This document shows, in pieces, positions 37,250 through 51,400 of a stretch of 64,000 nucleotides of DNA (positions within the stretch are counted from its first letter, which is position 1; every line of letters begins with the position of its first letter). Below the pieces are notes generated by a model. The model had not been told where the DNA came from. It was given only the letters and a program-made list of their open reading frames with translations, and did not search any database. Source of the DNA: Nageia nagi (taxonomy: Eukaryota > Plantae > Pinophyta); assembly GCA_050084985.1 (NCBI GenBank), contig JBITNC010000001.1, positions 190,898,001 to 190,962,000 on the forward strand, written 5' to 3'. The position numbers were made by a program, and so were the translations under genes.

Positions 37250-39750
37250 AGATTTCTACATAAGTTTGATCATACATGAAAAAGAATACATTGTACTCAT
37301 TTATAATATATCACTTGACCAATGGTTTCATTTCCCTAAATAATAATTTAAAATCTAATTCCTAGGTTAAAGAATATTCCAATCCTTACCAACTATTCTT
37401 ATTCTCTTATTTAGCTAGGATGTAGGGAATCTTTTCATCTACATACATAATTTTCAAGATATTTACTATTGCATTTGCCTTTTGAAAATCATGCTAAATA
37501 GAGAATTTAGCTTCACTTAAAGAAACTAATTCATCACAAAGTGGAACCAACCTTTCATTATGAATTTGTCTCTTATTGAAACTATTAATGGTGGTTTAAG
37601 AGTCCCTTTTGATCATTAGGATGGAATACCATTTCTCATTAGCAATACAAAGATTCATCATGATTTCCATTACCTTTATCTAGTTGGAGGTTTCCACTAA
37701 AATACTCATGGTAAAAATAAAAATCATTTCATTTCTAGAATTCTTGAAGACACCAATCCCATAGATCCTAAGTTTCCTTAAGAATCTCTATCGAAATTAA
37801 ATTTAATATAACTAGTTTCGAAAAAAATTGCTTTACCAAATCTCTCTTTATGGAAGTCTAGTCCCATATATGCTAAGGGTAATTGATGAGAATTCATATA
37901 CCCAAGAAAATCAAGAAGGACTTTAACTTATTATTACACTTGAATAAAATAATATTTACATGCACCAATATTTGATTTTCAATGAGGTTCATAACTAAAT
38001 AGGTTATAAGAAGTTGCTTGGTCGAAGATCCTTTGATTTCCATCTTTTTTTTTTTTCATGTTCCAAACAAGGGTTGGGAGACCTTGAGGCTAAATAATTT
38101 TCTCAACCCTCCTACCTCTCTCTTAAGATAAAAATAGGTTTCTAAATTAATTGAGGCTACACCATGTAAGATTAAATTTTATTACAAACCAAGTCAATAG
38201 AGACCATGATAAGTTTTAATAGATAAAGAGGTGGTTATTTGATTTCTCTTTTGATTCACATATTATACATTTGGATAGGCCTTCATATTCCATGTGATTA
38301 AATATATCATGAGTAAGGATTCTTTTCCTATATGTTAGCCATAACAAGGAAGTAACATAAGGTAAAGAGGGATATTTCATATCCTAGAGAAAGAATGACA
38401 TTGGTCTATCATTGTTGATGAAATAAATGCAATTATGATATTATAATTAATAAATTGTATTCTATCAATGAATGAAAATAGGTAAGCAATAGTATAGGAA
38501 TGTCAAATAATTGATCCAAGATAAGTAATAATCTATTCAAATTCAAATTTATTGAAATGAGAGATAGTAGTCCTAGATCTATCTAGTGTATAAATTTATG
38601 GCATTCAATAAATAATATGTATGCACTTAATTTTGGAGTTTATAGCCTTGAATAAATCCTTGGAATCTTCCCTAGATCAAACTTGTTAAACTAAAGTTTG
38701 GAATGGATTTCTATTTATCTTGGATATTTCAATGGGCTAGGAGAAATCTTGATGATGATTAGATCCCCCTACCCAATATATTATTAAAATAAGCTAATTG
38801 TTAAAGAAACGAATGAATCAAAAACATGCACTTAGAACCTAAAGTGGAAGAGATATCAAGGATAAGTTGGTGTTGATTTATTATATGTTGTTTCATTTTG
38901 TTATCAATCTATTTCTTAAGTATTTTTTACCATACAATCTCAAAAATATGGTTTAAATCCTTAGGTGGATTTATGATCAATCCATAAGGGTACTAAGATG
39001 AGTCCAAATTGTTAAAGGGATAGAGAAATGAATTCCTTATTAATTTTATGTTGCATTTATGATCTTGGATACCTTTGGTTTATTTCATTTTGTTAATCAA
39101 GTGGTTATTTATCAAGAATGAAGATACTTTGCAATGAATTATTCTTTATCTTTTATACCATGTCATTTGTATTCATTGTGTACATGAAAATATTAGGTTT
39201 AAGAATTTTAATTCATCCTATTGATATTTTTTCCTCTAAATAATAATTATTTTCTATACACCTACTTTTATATTTAAATAAATACAAAAATCAAATCCAG
39301 GTATTTACAATCACAAAAGAGCCACACATAAGTTCATCATGAGTAAAGTAATTTCCATGCTCATTTCATATCCAAAAAACTTGATTTATCTTATCTAATA
39401 GTATGAAACATTGATATTTTAATAAATAATGATTTTTATTAACATCCCCTTAGTATAAACCTATGTTAATTTTGAAATCCTTCCAAATCAATTTACCCCT
39501 ATAATAAGGTATCCATATATAAATCAATTAGGTTGAAACCTTAAATATCTAAAAGAATATACTAGATAACATAATATAACTTAGGTAAGCTACTTATCAT
39601 ATATTATCACTCTTAATTGATCATCTTCCCAAAAATTAATTCTATAGGCATCATCTATCTATAATTTCAAAGCTTGGAAGGTGATCTCCCTATTATCTAC
39701 CATGAAGTTCCAAATATGAAATCTCTTGGGTATAGTATCTAAAGAAATAA
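37250..39750 (-). mobile_element. Highly degraded L1 LINE ORF2
   Basis: Minus strand: GSNHH (SDHxP, ~38760), an RPI..CN-like word (~38275), FLGYMNSHQLPLAYMGL (LPxKYLGLP, ~37865-37910). Confidence 0.5.
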
Positions 39751-39909
39751 CCTAAAGTGGTTTTATATGGTCAAGTGTTTAGCTCTAAAGATTCAAGCCT
39801 AAGGTTTATATTCTTAAAGCATCACTAGAGCAATTTGGCACCTAGACCACTATTAGATGATTCCAATTATAGTCATGCAAATTAACCCCTCATCACTAGG
39901 TGGGCTTCT

Positions 39910-40605
39910 TTAAAACTTTAAAATATAAAATCATTTAAAAATATTCAAAAATCTAAAATAATGAAATGAATTAAAATATATTTATAAATCATAAAATCAT
40001 TTAAAAATATTTAAAAATCTAAATCATTAAAGTATTTAAAAATATTGAAACTTTAGAAATCATGAAAATCATTTAAAATGATCTAAAACTTTAAAAAACA
40101 TAAAAATATTTAAACCTCTACAAAGAAATCATAAAACCATATCAAATAGATAAAGAATTAAAAATAAATCTTAAAATCACTTAAAATATATATAAAACTC
40201 CAAATCATAAAGTATCCTATAATATCTAAAACTCTAATAATTAATCATAAAACCACCTAGTATAAATTTAAATTTAAAAATAAATGATAAAATTACATTA
40301 AAATATATTAAACTAAAATATAAATCATCAAATCAATTAAAATATCTAAAACTTTAAAAATCATAAAATCATTTAAAATTCTAAAAATATATTATAAAAT
40401 CACCTAAAATATATCTAAAATTAAAAATAAATCATAAAATCATTTAGAAATATCTAAAAATTTAAAAATCATAAAATAATTTAAAATATCTAAAACTTTA
40501 AAAATCATAAAAATATTTTAAAATATCTACTTGTTATTAGAAATCATAAAATCATTTAAAAAGTATAAAACTCATTATAGTCATAAAAACACATAGAAAT
40601 ATTTA
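39910..40605. repeat. AT-rich degenerate minisatellite, unit ~35-38 bp, roughly 18 copies
   Basis: Consensus about AAAATCATTTAAAATATCTAAAACTTTAAAAATCAT; almost no G on the + strand. Confidence 0.85.
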
Positions 40606-41499
40606 TAACCCAAAAGGTGAGTTAGAGGAGAGGAGATAGATAACTCATCAATAATTCATATTATGATGATCATATTTAATATAATTTTTACTATCATGAT
40701 CAATCAATGAGGTGAGTAGAGAGGCACATCAAGTTTTTTTTGTGTGAAAAGTCATGATAAAGTGTAGTTCAAAATTTCCAAACATTCAGCAAAATCATTT
40801 CTATGGAACTATGTTGACTAAACAATGTCCAAAACCAATACAAAATTACTGAACCACTTCAGTGATTCCTTTGCATCCATTTTTTACCCTTTCTACCTAT
40901 TAGGTAGCATTAGTCTAGTAAAATCAATCTTTTTGATTTTTTATTTTTTTACCATAGTTGTGACCTTTAATCATAATCATTTATCATTTTATGTTATGTT
41001 TTTATTACTTCCTTGAGTGGTTAATTAATAGGATGTTATTTTTATCAAGACAAGACTCTAAATAGAAATATACAACTAATCCTTTCATTTGAGCATTTTG
41101 TAAGGTTTTAGAATCAAAGGTACAATACATAATCTAGATAATAAAAATAAAATCAAGTATGTAAAGGTTCACAAAGATACAAATCAAGTATAACATAAAT
41201 TATCATTTTAAAAAGTTCTTACTTTCCAATATTATGAGTGTATGTAGCTAGAGAGTTTTTAATAATTTAATCATTGTATCTTTTTTTGTTATACTAAATT
41301 CTTAAGGCTTATCCCTCCCTTGTACTTGGGTAAACAAACTTCCCTCCAACTATTAAAGAAAAAATGATGTCATACATTATTAATCATCCATAAGAAGTTT
41401 TGCATTATAAATAGAAGGTGGTTAGTGATACCTTTTGAGCTTTAAATTGATAATAGGTATATATGGATAATTTAAAAGAATAAATTATATTTATATGAT

Positions 41500-42550
41500 C
41501 TTATTAACAATGGATAAAGTAGTACTTCTCCAAGTATATAAATTACCTTATATCCTATCAAAAATATCCTTCCATGGTGATTATGTTCCCTTTCTCAAAA
41601 ATAGTAGAATGCCTAGGTATTGCATCAAAATACACCTTTAGATAAGTCTAAATCCTACAGGATGATTTTTTAGATACCTATGGTAGTGTTAAATAAATAT
41701 AATTTAAATTTATTCTTATTAGTTTATTATCCTAGGGCTAATTCATAATTTGAAAGAATCTCCTTTTTCACCTTAAACTTCCTAATGGATGATTTATCAA
41801 ACATGATTATGGTATTTACAAATCATAGATGATTAAACTACTTTAAATGTTGGACCATTTTGAAACCAATCAACACACCCTCTCTCTTGGCCTTAGAAGT
41901 CAAGTACCCCATAGCCTCAACTACTATAATGAAAAGGTAGGAAAATCAAATTTCCCTAGAAAATACCTTGTTCAATATTGGAGAAACCTTTTAGAGATCC
42001 ATTTATCAAATATTGAATAACATTATATGGATAGATATTATTTAATATAATCAATATAATATTATATAATACATTTAGTTTAAAACACTTCAAAGAGGGA
42101 AAACCATTAAACTTTATCAAAGGAATTGACAACATCAAATTTACTAAGCATAAGCTTTTTATTATTAAACATCATTAAGTGCATAAGATCATGTATGATT
42201 ATTTTACTATCCAAGATCTATTTACTTGACACAAAATCACCCAATTATTTAGAGATAAAATCCTAATATTTATTCCACCTCTTCAGTATAACTTTAGATA
42301 TACTACTACAAAGTATGTTGTAGAGCAAGATTGAGTAGAAGTGTTGCATGATGGTGCTTTATTACTCCTTAAGGATGAGTGTCATGAAATTGGAGTTAAG
42401 TTCCATAAAAATTTATTTATGATATCATCCTTCAATATATACTTGAATGCCAAAAGAAATCCTACTACGTAACCATCCAAAATTGGGTACCTATCCTTGT
42501 CCATATTAAAGACTACATTCTTGGTATCTTCATATCTACCTTCTTTCATA
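41500..42550 (-). mobile_element. L1 LINE C-terminal/RNase H remnant
   Basis: Minus strand KVYFDA (~41625), GDS (~41760), SRGN (~41955) and an FW-containing word (~42475); very degraded. Confidence 0.4.
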
Positions 42551-43029
42551 ATGATATATTCATATGATTTAAAAATAATCTTATTAAAGTTTTCAAAACT
42601 TTATATTTAATTTTTGGGTATACATAACCTTACTTGAAAATATTATAAAAGTAATTTATAACCATATTATCAATATTTGGTTATTTTTCCATGCTATCAG
42701 CTTATTCATCAAGAACATACTCAATATATTTGATAAAAGTCTTATCTATAATAGATTTATGATAGTTATAATATAATATTTCTTTAAGCTAGAGCTTTCT
42801 AGATTTTAATCTCTAAAATATATCTTCCTTAGCATATGGATCCTAAAGTTTCTCCATAGAGGATTTTTATTTGTCACAAAAATCAAGAAATAAGATTTAA
42901 CCTTGGATGGTTTCATCAATATCTTCAAGTGTTTCTACCTTATCAAAATTTTAAATATGTTGCCAAATGTTGATTTTTTTCAATCATTTAAGCTAGTTTT
43001 TATGTATTTAAGATTCTAAAATAGTTAAA

Positions 43030-44912
43030 TACCTACATTCATCTTTTTCGTAATCTTCCCAATGTTGCACAAATATTCTTGAATTCAAGTTGTCTCCAAT
43101 CTTTCACAATAGACACTCAGATATTACATTTCACTTCATTAAAGTTATATTTTTGTGTCTTTTATGCATCAACATTATTCTCATCTTGCCATTCCATTCC
43201 ACTCACTAACTATTATATATATGTTTCTTATAATTTTAAATCTAAGTAAAAATGATGCTTTGCTACTAGTTCTCCTAGTTTGATGTTAGAATGAATCCTG
43301 AAAGCACCAAGAATTACACCACACAATATGGATTTAGTTTAATGGTATACTTTTGATAAATATTTGTGCCTTCTATGTAAGTGTAATGATTTTTTTTAGT
43401 AATGATGCAATAATATTGAGACATTCATTTAAGATATTATCAGTCTTCATTCACCAGGGCCACATGATAACATGAAGATAAGATACAAAGGTAAGAGGAT
43501 AAAGTTTAATGCATATGCTATAATTACATTTTCCCAAACTGATCAAGAGAATCCTTTGAATTTCCATGTATCATATAACCAACAATAATTGTATTCCATA
43601 AGAAATAGTATTACATGATTTCACCAATAGTTCATGTGAAAAAATGATAGTTCTAAAATTTATGTAAATATCAATAAGGGAATAACTAAACATATATATG
43701 ATGAGATCCATTCCTAATTATGTAATCATGGTGTCACCTACACTATTCTAGAGATGCTAATTGATATTTTAAAACTAATAGAAAATGGATTAATTTTCTA
43801 TAGATTAGAGAAATTTACAAAGGTATTACAAATCTAAAATAATATACCTTCAAGATTTTGAAAGGATCATGGCAATTGTTCACAAAATTTTAACCTTTAA
43901 CAAAACAAAATCAAGACTATTTATTTTTAACTTTTCATCAGGAAATGTTCTTTACCAAACCAAATATTTTACTCACATGTTGGGTATTGAATATGCTATT
44001 AACTTCTTCTATAAAAGGCAAACCATAAATAACTTTACCTTAAGCACATTATGCTTCTTTATCAATTCTTCTTGATTATCTAATTAATCCATTAATGTCC
44101 TTTTATATGCAATTTGGATTTGGTAAAAATATCAACATTGATATTTGATGGCGTGTCTTATCAAAGTGATATTTATTTCTATAATTAATCTTTATTTCTA
44201 CAAAAATGAAAAAATAACAAATAAAGAATATTAATATTTTATGATTTATAATTTGTTATATCCCATGAATATGAGCACAATGTTACTTCTACATAGAAAT
44301 GCATATTTAAAGAAGTGATAATCATAGGTATGATATAAGAAATCATCCATAATACACTCTTTTATTCGTCAAAATATGTTCACAACATTCATGCCATGCC
44401 ACAACTGTGTAGTATGCTAAGATAATCCCAAACATTGTACAACCTTATTTTATTGGTCTTCAAAGATGTGATGATAATGCTTTTACCTTATTTTATACAT
44501 GCTTTAGGGGCCAAGTCCACCCAAATTCTTGTCTTAACACATTTACAAAAAAAAAAAAAAAAACTAATTAATCTAATCTCAATATTGTTTTTGCAAGATG
44601 AGATTTGCAAAAATGAGTGTCATTATTCATATTTGAACTTTACATGGTTGCTTTGGTAATGCAATTATCATTTTTCTTGGGTTGTATCTAAATTATTATA
44701 TGAATACACAATTTTGAACTCAATGCTTCATATAATAGTCATCATTTCCTTTGAAATTCTATCTTAAACGACACCACTATAGGTACTACTGCTATATCAT
44801 CTTATAAAAATCACATATTTTCTTGTGTTATGAATATCTAACCATATTTCAAATGAATTAGACCTCAAAAAAAGATGAGAAAAAAGTAATTAGTAAAACA
44901 CAAAGAGTAAAC
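43030..44912 (-). pseudogene. PLS-E+ class PPR pseudogene, 3' part
   Basis: Minus strand in correct order: HDYIIRNG, LIDIY..HELL, WNTIIVGYMIHG, SSCYHVALVNED, MSQYYCI..HY, KAQIFIKSIPL, ILGAFRIHSNIKLGELVAKH (E1), NIY..WNGMA, EVKCNI*VSIVKDWRQLEF (E+). No DYW domain recognised. Confidence 0.85.
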
Positions 44913-45410
44913 TGAGAGAGTTGAACTATAAACTAAACAACTATAAAATTCTAAGATCACATGAAAGCTCACAAATAACATCTAAATAACTCACAAAGCA
45001 ATCTCACAAAGATAACTCAAGATGTAAGTGGTTCCTCCAACTAGGAGTGCATCCACTAACTAGATCTCACTTCTTAACAAATATGAACTCTTACAATCCT
45101 TCTAAACTCAACTCCTAGACTCTATCTACAAGCTTAATTTTACTCCACAAATTGGTGTATAATAAAAAATAGGAAGCCTCCTATTTGTAGGCCAAAAGCC
45201 CTTTTTGGATTACCTTTTTACCCAATGTACAAAGGCATGACATGCACTCCCTTTTATCCAAGGGGCATGCTCATGACATGGAGTGTAGGACAAGTTACAT
45301 TATCATATTCACTTAAATACTTAAGGTATCTAATGATACCCTTAAGTATTAGTGAATTTACAAAGAGTATTAATACAAACCTTTATAATAATGCATTATA
45401 CATTCTAACA
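44913..45410 (-). repeat. 3' LTR of the minus-strand copia (498 bp)
   Basis: TGAGAG...CTAACA on + strand; PPT AAGGGGGAG (minus) at 45411-45419. Confidence 0.95.
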
Positions 45411-48400
45411 CTCCCCCTTAATGCAATATTGGAATAGAGTGAATAAGAGAGAAGAAAGAGAAAAAGTAAGACAGTTCTCCTCCAAATAGATACAACAGAG
45501 ATGAGAACTTTTTACATATTTATGAAGTAAGAAAGATCTAGTTTGAGACTCATTACTTTTCCAAATACAATTATTAACCATAACTAGTTTTAATATACAT
45601 GAAGTAGTCATCCAATTGGAAGTCATGAAGACTCTCCAAGAGCTTGCACATTGGAAATAATTAACCTACAATCTCAAGAGAACTTGCAAGTTAAAAGCAC
45701 CTTAAATAACAAGATCAATTATATGCAATATATTCATATCAACAAGGATAGATGAATCACACAAATGCCATCATGAACTGATCAATGGTGCACTATAAGT
45801 TATCACGAAGATGCCAAGCCAAAACCCATAGTCACCTATTGTATATAAAACATGTGTTGATTATCATTACAAAATAGAGAATGCACATATGAGTTCCTCA
45901 CATATGGATAATTAAATAATGCAAAATGACACATAATATTTCCTCACATATGTATAACTAAACAGTGCTAGATTGGCCAATCTTTTTACTTTAAAAAGTT
46001 GTACAATAAGTTCCTCATGCAAAGTGAACTTACCTCAAAGGTGTACAACAAAATCAACACTTTACAACACAAAATCCTCTTAGAGGTGAAGTTTGTTATC
46101 ACAAACATGAATTAAACACAAGAATTTAAACTTCACTCCCCTTGAGGGCAACTTCACCAACCTGATAGCATCTCTAAGCTTATAGAACTAAGCTTATAAG
46201 AGGGGCTTGGTGAACAAATCAGTAGAGTTCAAGGTGCATGGATAATACTCTAGGTGTATGATGCCATCAAGAACCTTCTCTCTGATAAAATATGCTTGTA
46301 TTTCCACATGTTTTATTTTTTAATGGAACATAATATTCTTATCCAAAGAGATCACTGATTGATTATATAAATAAATAAAAGATGAGCCACCTTGGTCATA
46401 CCCAATTTCTTTCAGAAGATGCTTTAGCCAAATGGCTTCCTGGGCTATAATAGACATGATACAATATTTAGCTTCTATGGTGAAAAGAGAAATAGTAGGT
46501 TGTTTCTTGGAAGACCAAGAGATAGCACTTGAACCAATGCTAAATACATACACAAAGGTTGATTTTCTATCATCTCTATCTCCTCCATAGTCAAAATCTA
46601 AGAATTAAAAGAGAACAAATGAGGGTAACTTAGAATACTTGAGAGCAAGGTCCTTAGTCCCTACAACATACCTCAAGATTTTCTTAACAACATTAAGGTG
46701 CTTAACATATGGTTTTTGCATGAATTATGCCATCAGATTCACTGTAAAGGCAATATTTGACCTAGAAATAGTCAAATACAAAAGACTACCAATTAATTGC
46801 TTGTAATCTGTAGCATCAACCAACTGAGAGTTGGAACTTAGTGAAATAGTGATTCCAAGAGAGACTAGGATCATAGCATATCTACACTCCTCCATTCCAA
46901 AATTCTATAATATGTTTAATATATACTTAGATTGACTAAAATAAGTACAATCTTTGTATTGATACACTTGCATTCCAAGATAGGAGTGCAAGAGACCAAG
47001 ATCAATCATTTCAAATGTTGCCTTAAGTTTGAATATGCACTCTTGAATGATTTCTTCATTGTTCCTAGTTATCAAAAGATCATCCACATAAAGGAGAATC
47101 AAGACCACATCTTTTCTCTGATTGAGCACATATAGATCAAAGTCAGAAAAACACTTAGAGAATATAATGTCTAGAAAGTATCCTAAAATCTTCTTATATC
47201 AAGCTCTAGGTGCTTGCTTAAGTCCATAGAATGAGTTCTTTAGCTTACACACAAAGGACTCTTTGCCTTCCACAACAAACCCTTCTGGTTGATTCTTGAA
47301 GATTTTTACATATAAGTCACCATTAAGGAATGCACTCTTGAGATCAAGTTGAAATACTTTTCATCCTTGAGCTATAGAAAGAGCAAGTATAATTATCACA
47401 TAAGCATCTTTGCTATAGGAGAAAAGGTTTTCTTATAATCTACATTGTATTTCTAAGCAAAACCTTTGGCTACTAACCTTGCCTTGTATTTCTCAATATC
47501 GATAATAGAATTTAACTTGACCTTGTAGATCCACTTATTGCAAATCACATTCTTCTTATTGGGATAAGGAACTAAATTCTAAGTTTTATTTTTCATAAGT
47601 GCCTCATACTCCACTTTCATGGCTTCCATCTAGTACTTGTGCTTAGAAGCTTCTTTGAAGGTTGAGGGCTCATGCTTTTTGTCAATCTTGACAAATAAGA
47701 ATATGTTTAAGGTCATGCTCCTTGTTATCCTTTATGTTGGATAATTTTGTTCTTGAGGTGACTTGTCTACATCAATATCTAACTAGCTAGGTGCAACTGA
47801 AGAGTTCTCTAGATCATCAACATCCTCATTAGAAATAGGTTCTTCAGGAAGTTCATTGAACTTTACATCCCTTGAAATAAACATGAATTTGTAGAATGGA
47901 GAGTAGAGGTTGTAGCCTTTATGTTGATTGTAATAACCCATAAAGATGTATTTTTTAGCCTTTTTGTCTAACTTCTTCCTTTTCTTAGAAACAATGTAGG
48001 AATATACTACACAACCAAACACCTTAAGGTGAGAAATGTTAGGTTTTCTTCCTAACCATGTCTCAAAAGAAGTTTTACCTTGACTAAATTTTGTGGGACA
48101 CCTATTCAAGGAGTAAATATAAGTGCTCATAGTTTCACCCAATAAGAAACTAAGAAGATTATCTACCATGCATTTAGCCATCTCCATAATTATCCTTTTT
48201 TTTTTTTTGGTAACACCATTCTGCTGAGGAGTGTAAGAAATCGTAAGTTGCCTTTTGATTCCATACTTAGCACAATATTCATTGAATTCATTACTATTAT
48301 ATTCTTCCCTATCATCTGATCTCAACATCTTGATTTTAAGGTTAATTTGATTCTCAACAAAAGCCTTAAGAATCTTATAACTCTCAAAGGTTTGATCCTT

Positions 48401-51400
48401 ATTCTCAAGTATATACCCAAAGGTCATTCTACTAAAGTCATCAATGAAAGTTAAGATGTAAGATGCTCCTCCAAACAACTTAGTCTAAAATGCACCCATC
48501 AAATTTGAATGCACATGTTAAAGAGGTCGAGATGATCTTATTGCCTTATTTCAAACTTTTTTCTATGAATTTTGCCAAGAATGCACTTCTTGCATAGACC
48601 AATTGAAGGAGAAAATGAAGGAAAACCTTTAACAAGTTTTTGATCTTTTATGACTTGAATACTCTTTTAGTTAACATGCCCTAAATGTTGGTGTTAAAGA
48701 TTGCCTCTAGAACACACATTTGTAGCAAGACACACATTTATTGAAACATGATCCATAATGTAGAGATCATCTTTTATTGACCCTTTAACCAACGTGGCAA
48801 GTCCTTTCTTAATGCATTAGGATTGATAGTTGAACTCAAGAAAATACCATTTTCTAGCAACTTGGATCATGAAGAGAATATTTATATTAAGATTAGAGAC
48901 ATAGAAGACATTATCAAGAACCTTTTCATGAATCAACACACTCCTAATTCCTTGGACTTCAAGGGTAGAATTATCACCTATCACAACCACATCTTTTCTA
49001 TACTTGTGAAAGTTCTCAAAATTTTTCCTTTCAAAGCATAGGTGATTAGTGCAACTAGAGTCACCAATCCAATCATACAAAAAAGTGTGAGACATGGAGT
49101 AGAGTGCTACAACAAAACTAGCTTGAATTTTCTTCTTTCTTTTAAAGTTCTTTACATTACCATTTCCTTTGTTCTTTTCCTCTCTTTTATTTTTGTAGCA
49201 ATCAACTTGTTTGTGACCTTGGATGCCACAATATTTACAATTACCATAAAAAATTTTCTTAGGATATGGATTGTTTTCTTGGCCTTTTCCATCTTTTTAC
49301 TTGAAGTGGTTGTTACCATTATTCCTGCTACTGTTATTATTGTTCTTATTATTATTGTTGTTACCATTGTTCTTGTTGTTGTTTTTGCCATTAATTCTTT
49401 TCTCATACCTTTTGGAGGAAGAAGGATAAGATTTATTTTTATGGTTAAAATTATTCTTTAAAAGAGTTTTGGTTGCTCCAAAAGCAATGTTATTATACTT
49501 AGGAGAAGAAATCAACACCTTTTTGTTAAAGGTTTCCTCATGCTTCCAAAGGAGCCTAAAAAGGTTCTCAAAGGAGAATACTTCTTCATCATCAAGCCTT
49601 GTTTCCATAACAATCACAAAGTTAGCAAACTTTGAAGAAAGGTTTTAGAGAGTGATGAAGATCATGAACTTATCATTGATCCAATTGCACCCATAAGCAA
49701 CATGTTGGGTCTTTAAGTCAATGATTTTATTCAAGTAGATAGCCATATTTTTATCTTCCCCTTGATGATATTGAAGCAAATTTTGGAGAATGGTAACCCT
49801 TCTTAAAAATTTGAATCATGGTAGATTTGCTTAAGCTTATCCAAAGCTTCCTTTGTCAAGGTTGAAGAGGAAATCATCAAGAGCACATCATCTAAAACTA
49901 CACAAAAGATCATGGAGGTTGCCAACTTATTCTTCATATTATAAGCCTCTAGTGCCTTCTCATCTATAGGAGGCACAAGGTTCTCATTTACTATTTACCA
50001 AAGCTTCCTTACTTGCAACTCAACTCTCATTCAAAGTTTCCAAATCCCAAAGTTGGAACCATAAAGAATGTGTTTGGGTAAAAAGGAGTCTCCTATTTGC
50101 TACATGAGAATGTGAAAAATAATAAGCATGTGGTTCAATAAATAATATTATATGTTAAGTTTTAAATGTTACATTTAATTAACAAAGATATGCTTGATTT
50201 GATTCACAAGTGCAAATATTTTACAACTCAAATATACATCCCATGTACCCAAATACATTTTTCATCACCAAGACTCATACATGTAGAGTGACATTATTGA
50301 GAGTTATTTTCTTATCTAAAATTATGCCTTCACTTAGATGCCCACACAAGAGGAGACCAAGTACTACCAATCCTCAACTAGTTTGCCTTGGTTAGTATTA
50401 TACTCTCAGGAGAAGTACCTATTATTTTCCAAAGTTATGATGTATATTGGATCAACAAAATTATTAATCTTGATTAGGTTTCAAGTTGTCCTCCTAAGTT
50501 ATCAAGATAATCCCTAAATGGAAGTGCAAACATGTGGTATCCTACACACATGCCTATCCACCTATTAGAGTTATGCCCAGACTAAGAGAGGACTTAGAGT
50601 CAAATGAAAAGTATGAACTTTTTACCACTTGTATCATCAGATGTAAAGGCTTCAATCCACTTTTCCTCACCTCATGGCTTCCCAATAAAGTCATGTTACA
50701 AAATGTACATGAGAATGTGTTCATTTTATGGGGTTTCTCATATCAATGTTTGCATTTTTTTTTACATAAGAAAATAAATCAAAGTGTGAAACATGAAGTG
50801 AAAGAGCATAAGTAAAACATCATCCATTTGAAATTTGAAATCTAAGAGTCTAATGGGTTTTGTTTACTAACCCCTAAAGGACATCTTTACATTATTCTTT
50901 ATTTTGCACAAGTCCATTCCATACTTTGTATAAGGAAGTAAAAATTAGGGAGTCATCAAATGCATCATTCCATAACTTCAAAATTTAAGTAATAAGCATG
51001 CAACATTATATTAACTTAAAAGAAATTAAGTAATATGCATGCATCATTTAACTTACAAGATTAAGTAAGAAGCATGCATCATTCCTATTAATTTGTATAA
51101 GAAATAAAGAATGAATGCTTAGAGAGGTAAAAAAAATCTAGTTATGCATCCATAAATTTTTTTAATATTTTTAAGTAAAACATAAAATTCCACCCTTGTT
51201 TACTTTAAAAAAATGATTTTAAGATGCCCTCCAATTCAATAAATACTTAGTTTAAACAAAAAATGCTAGTTTTACTATAGTAAAAAAATGTCAAGTTTAC
51301 ACTAGACAATTATCATTTTGCCTAAGTAAATTATGAAGGTATGTAAAAACAATACCATACTTTAGAAGTATTACCAAGGCAAAACAAAACATTTACACTC

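Noticed and set aside
42700-43030. DYW deaminase domain downstream of the PPR E+ region
   Set aside because: Only a weak EKL-like word; no CxxC or DYW terminus recognisable.
49042-49461. 139-aa hydrophobic + strand ORF resembling a membrane or env protein
   Set aside because: It is the antisense reading of the Asn-rich (AAY)n tract in the minus-strand copia gag.
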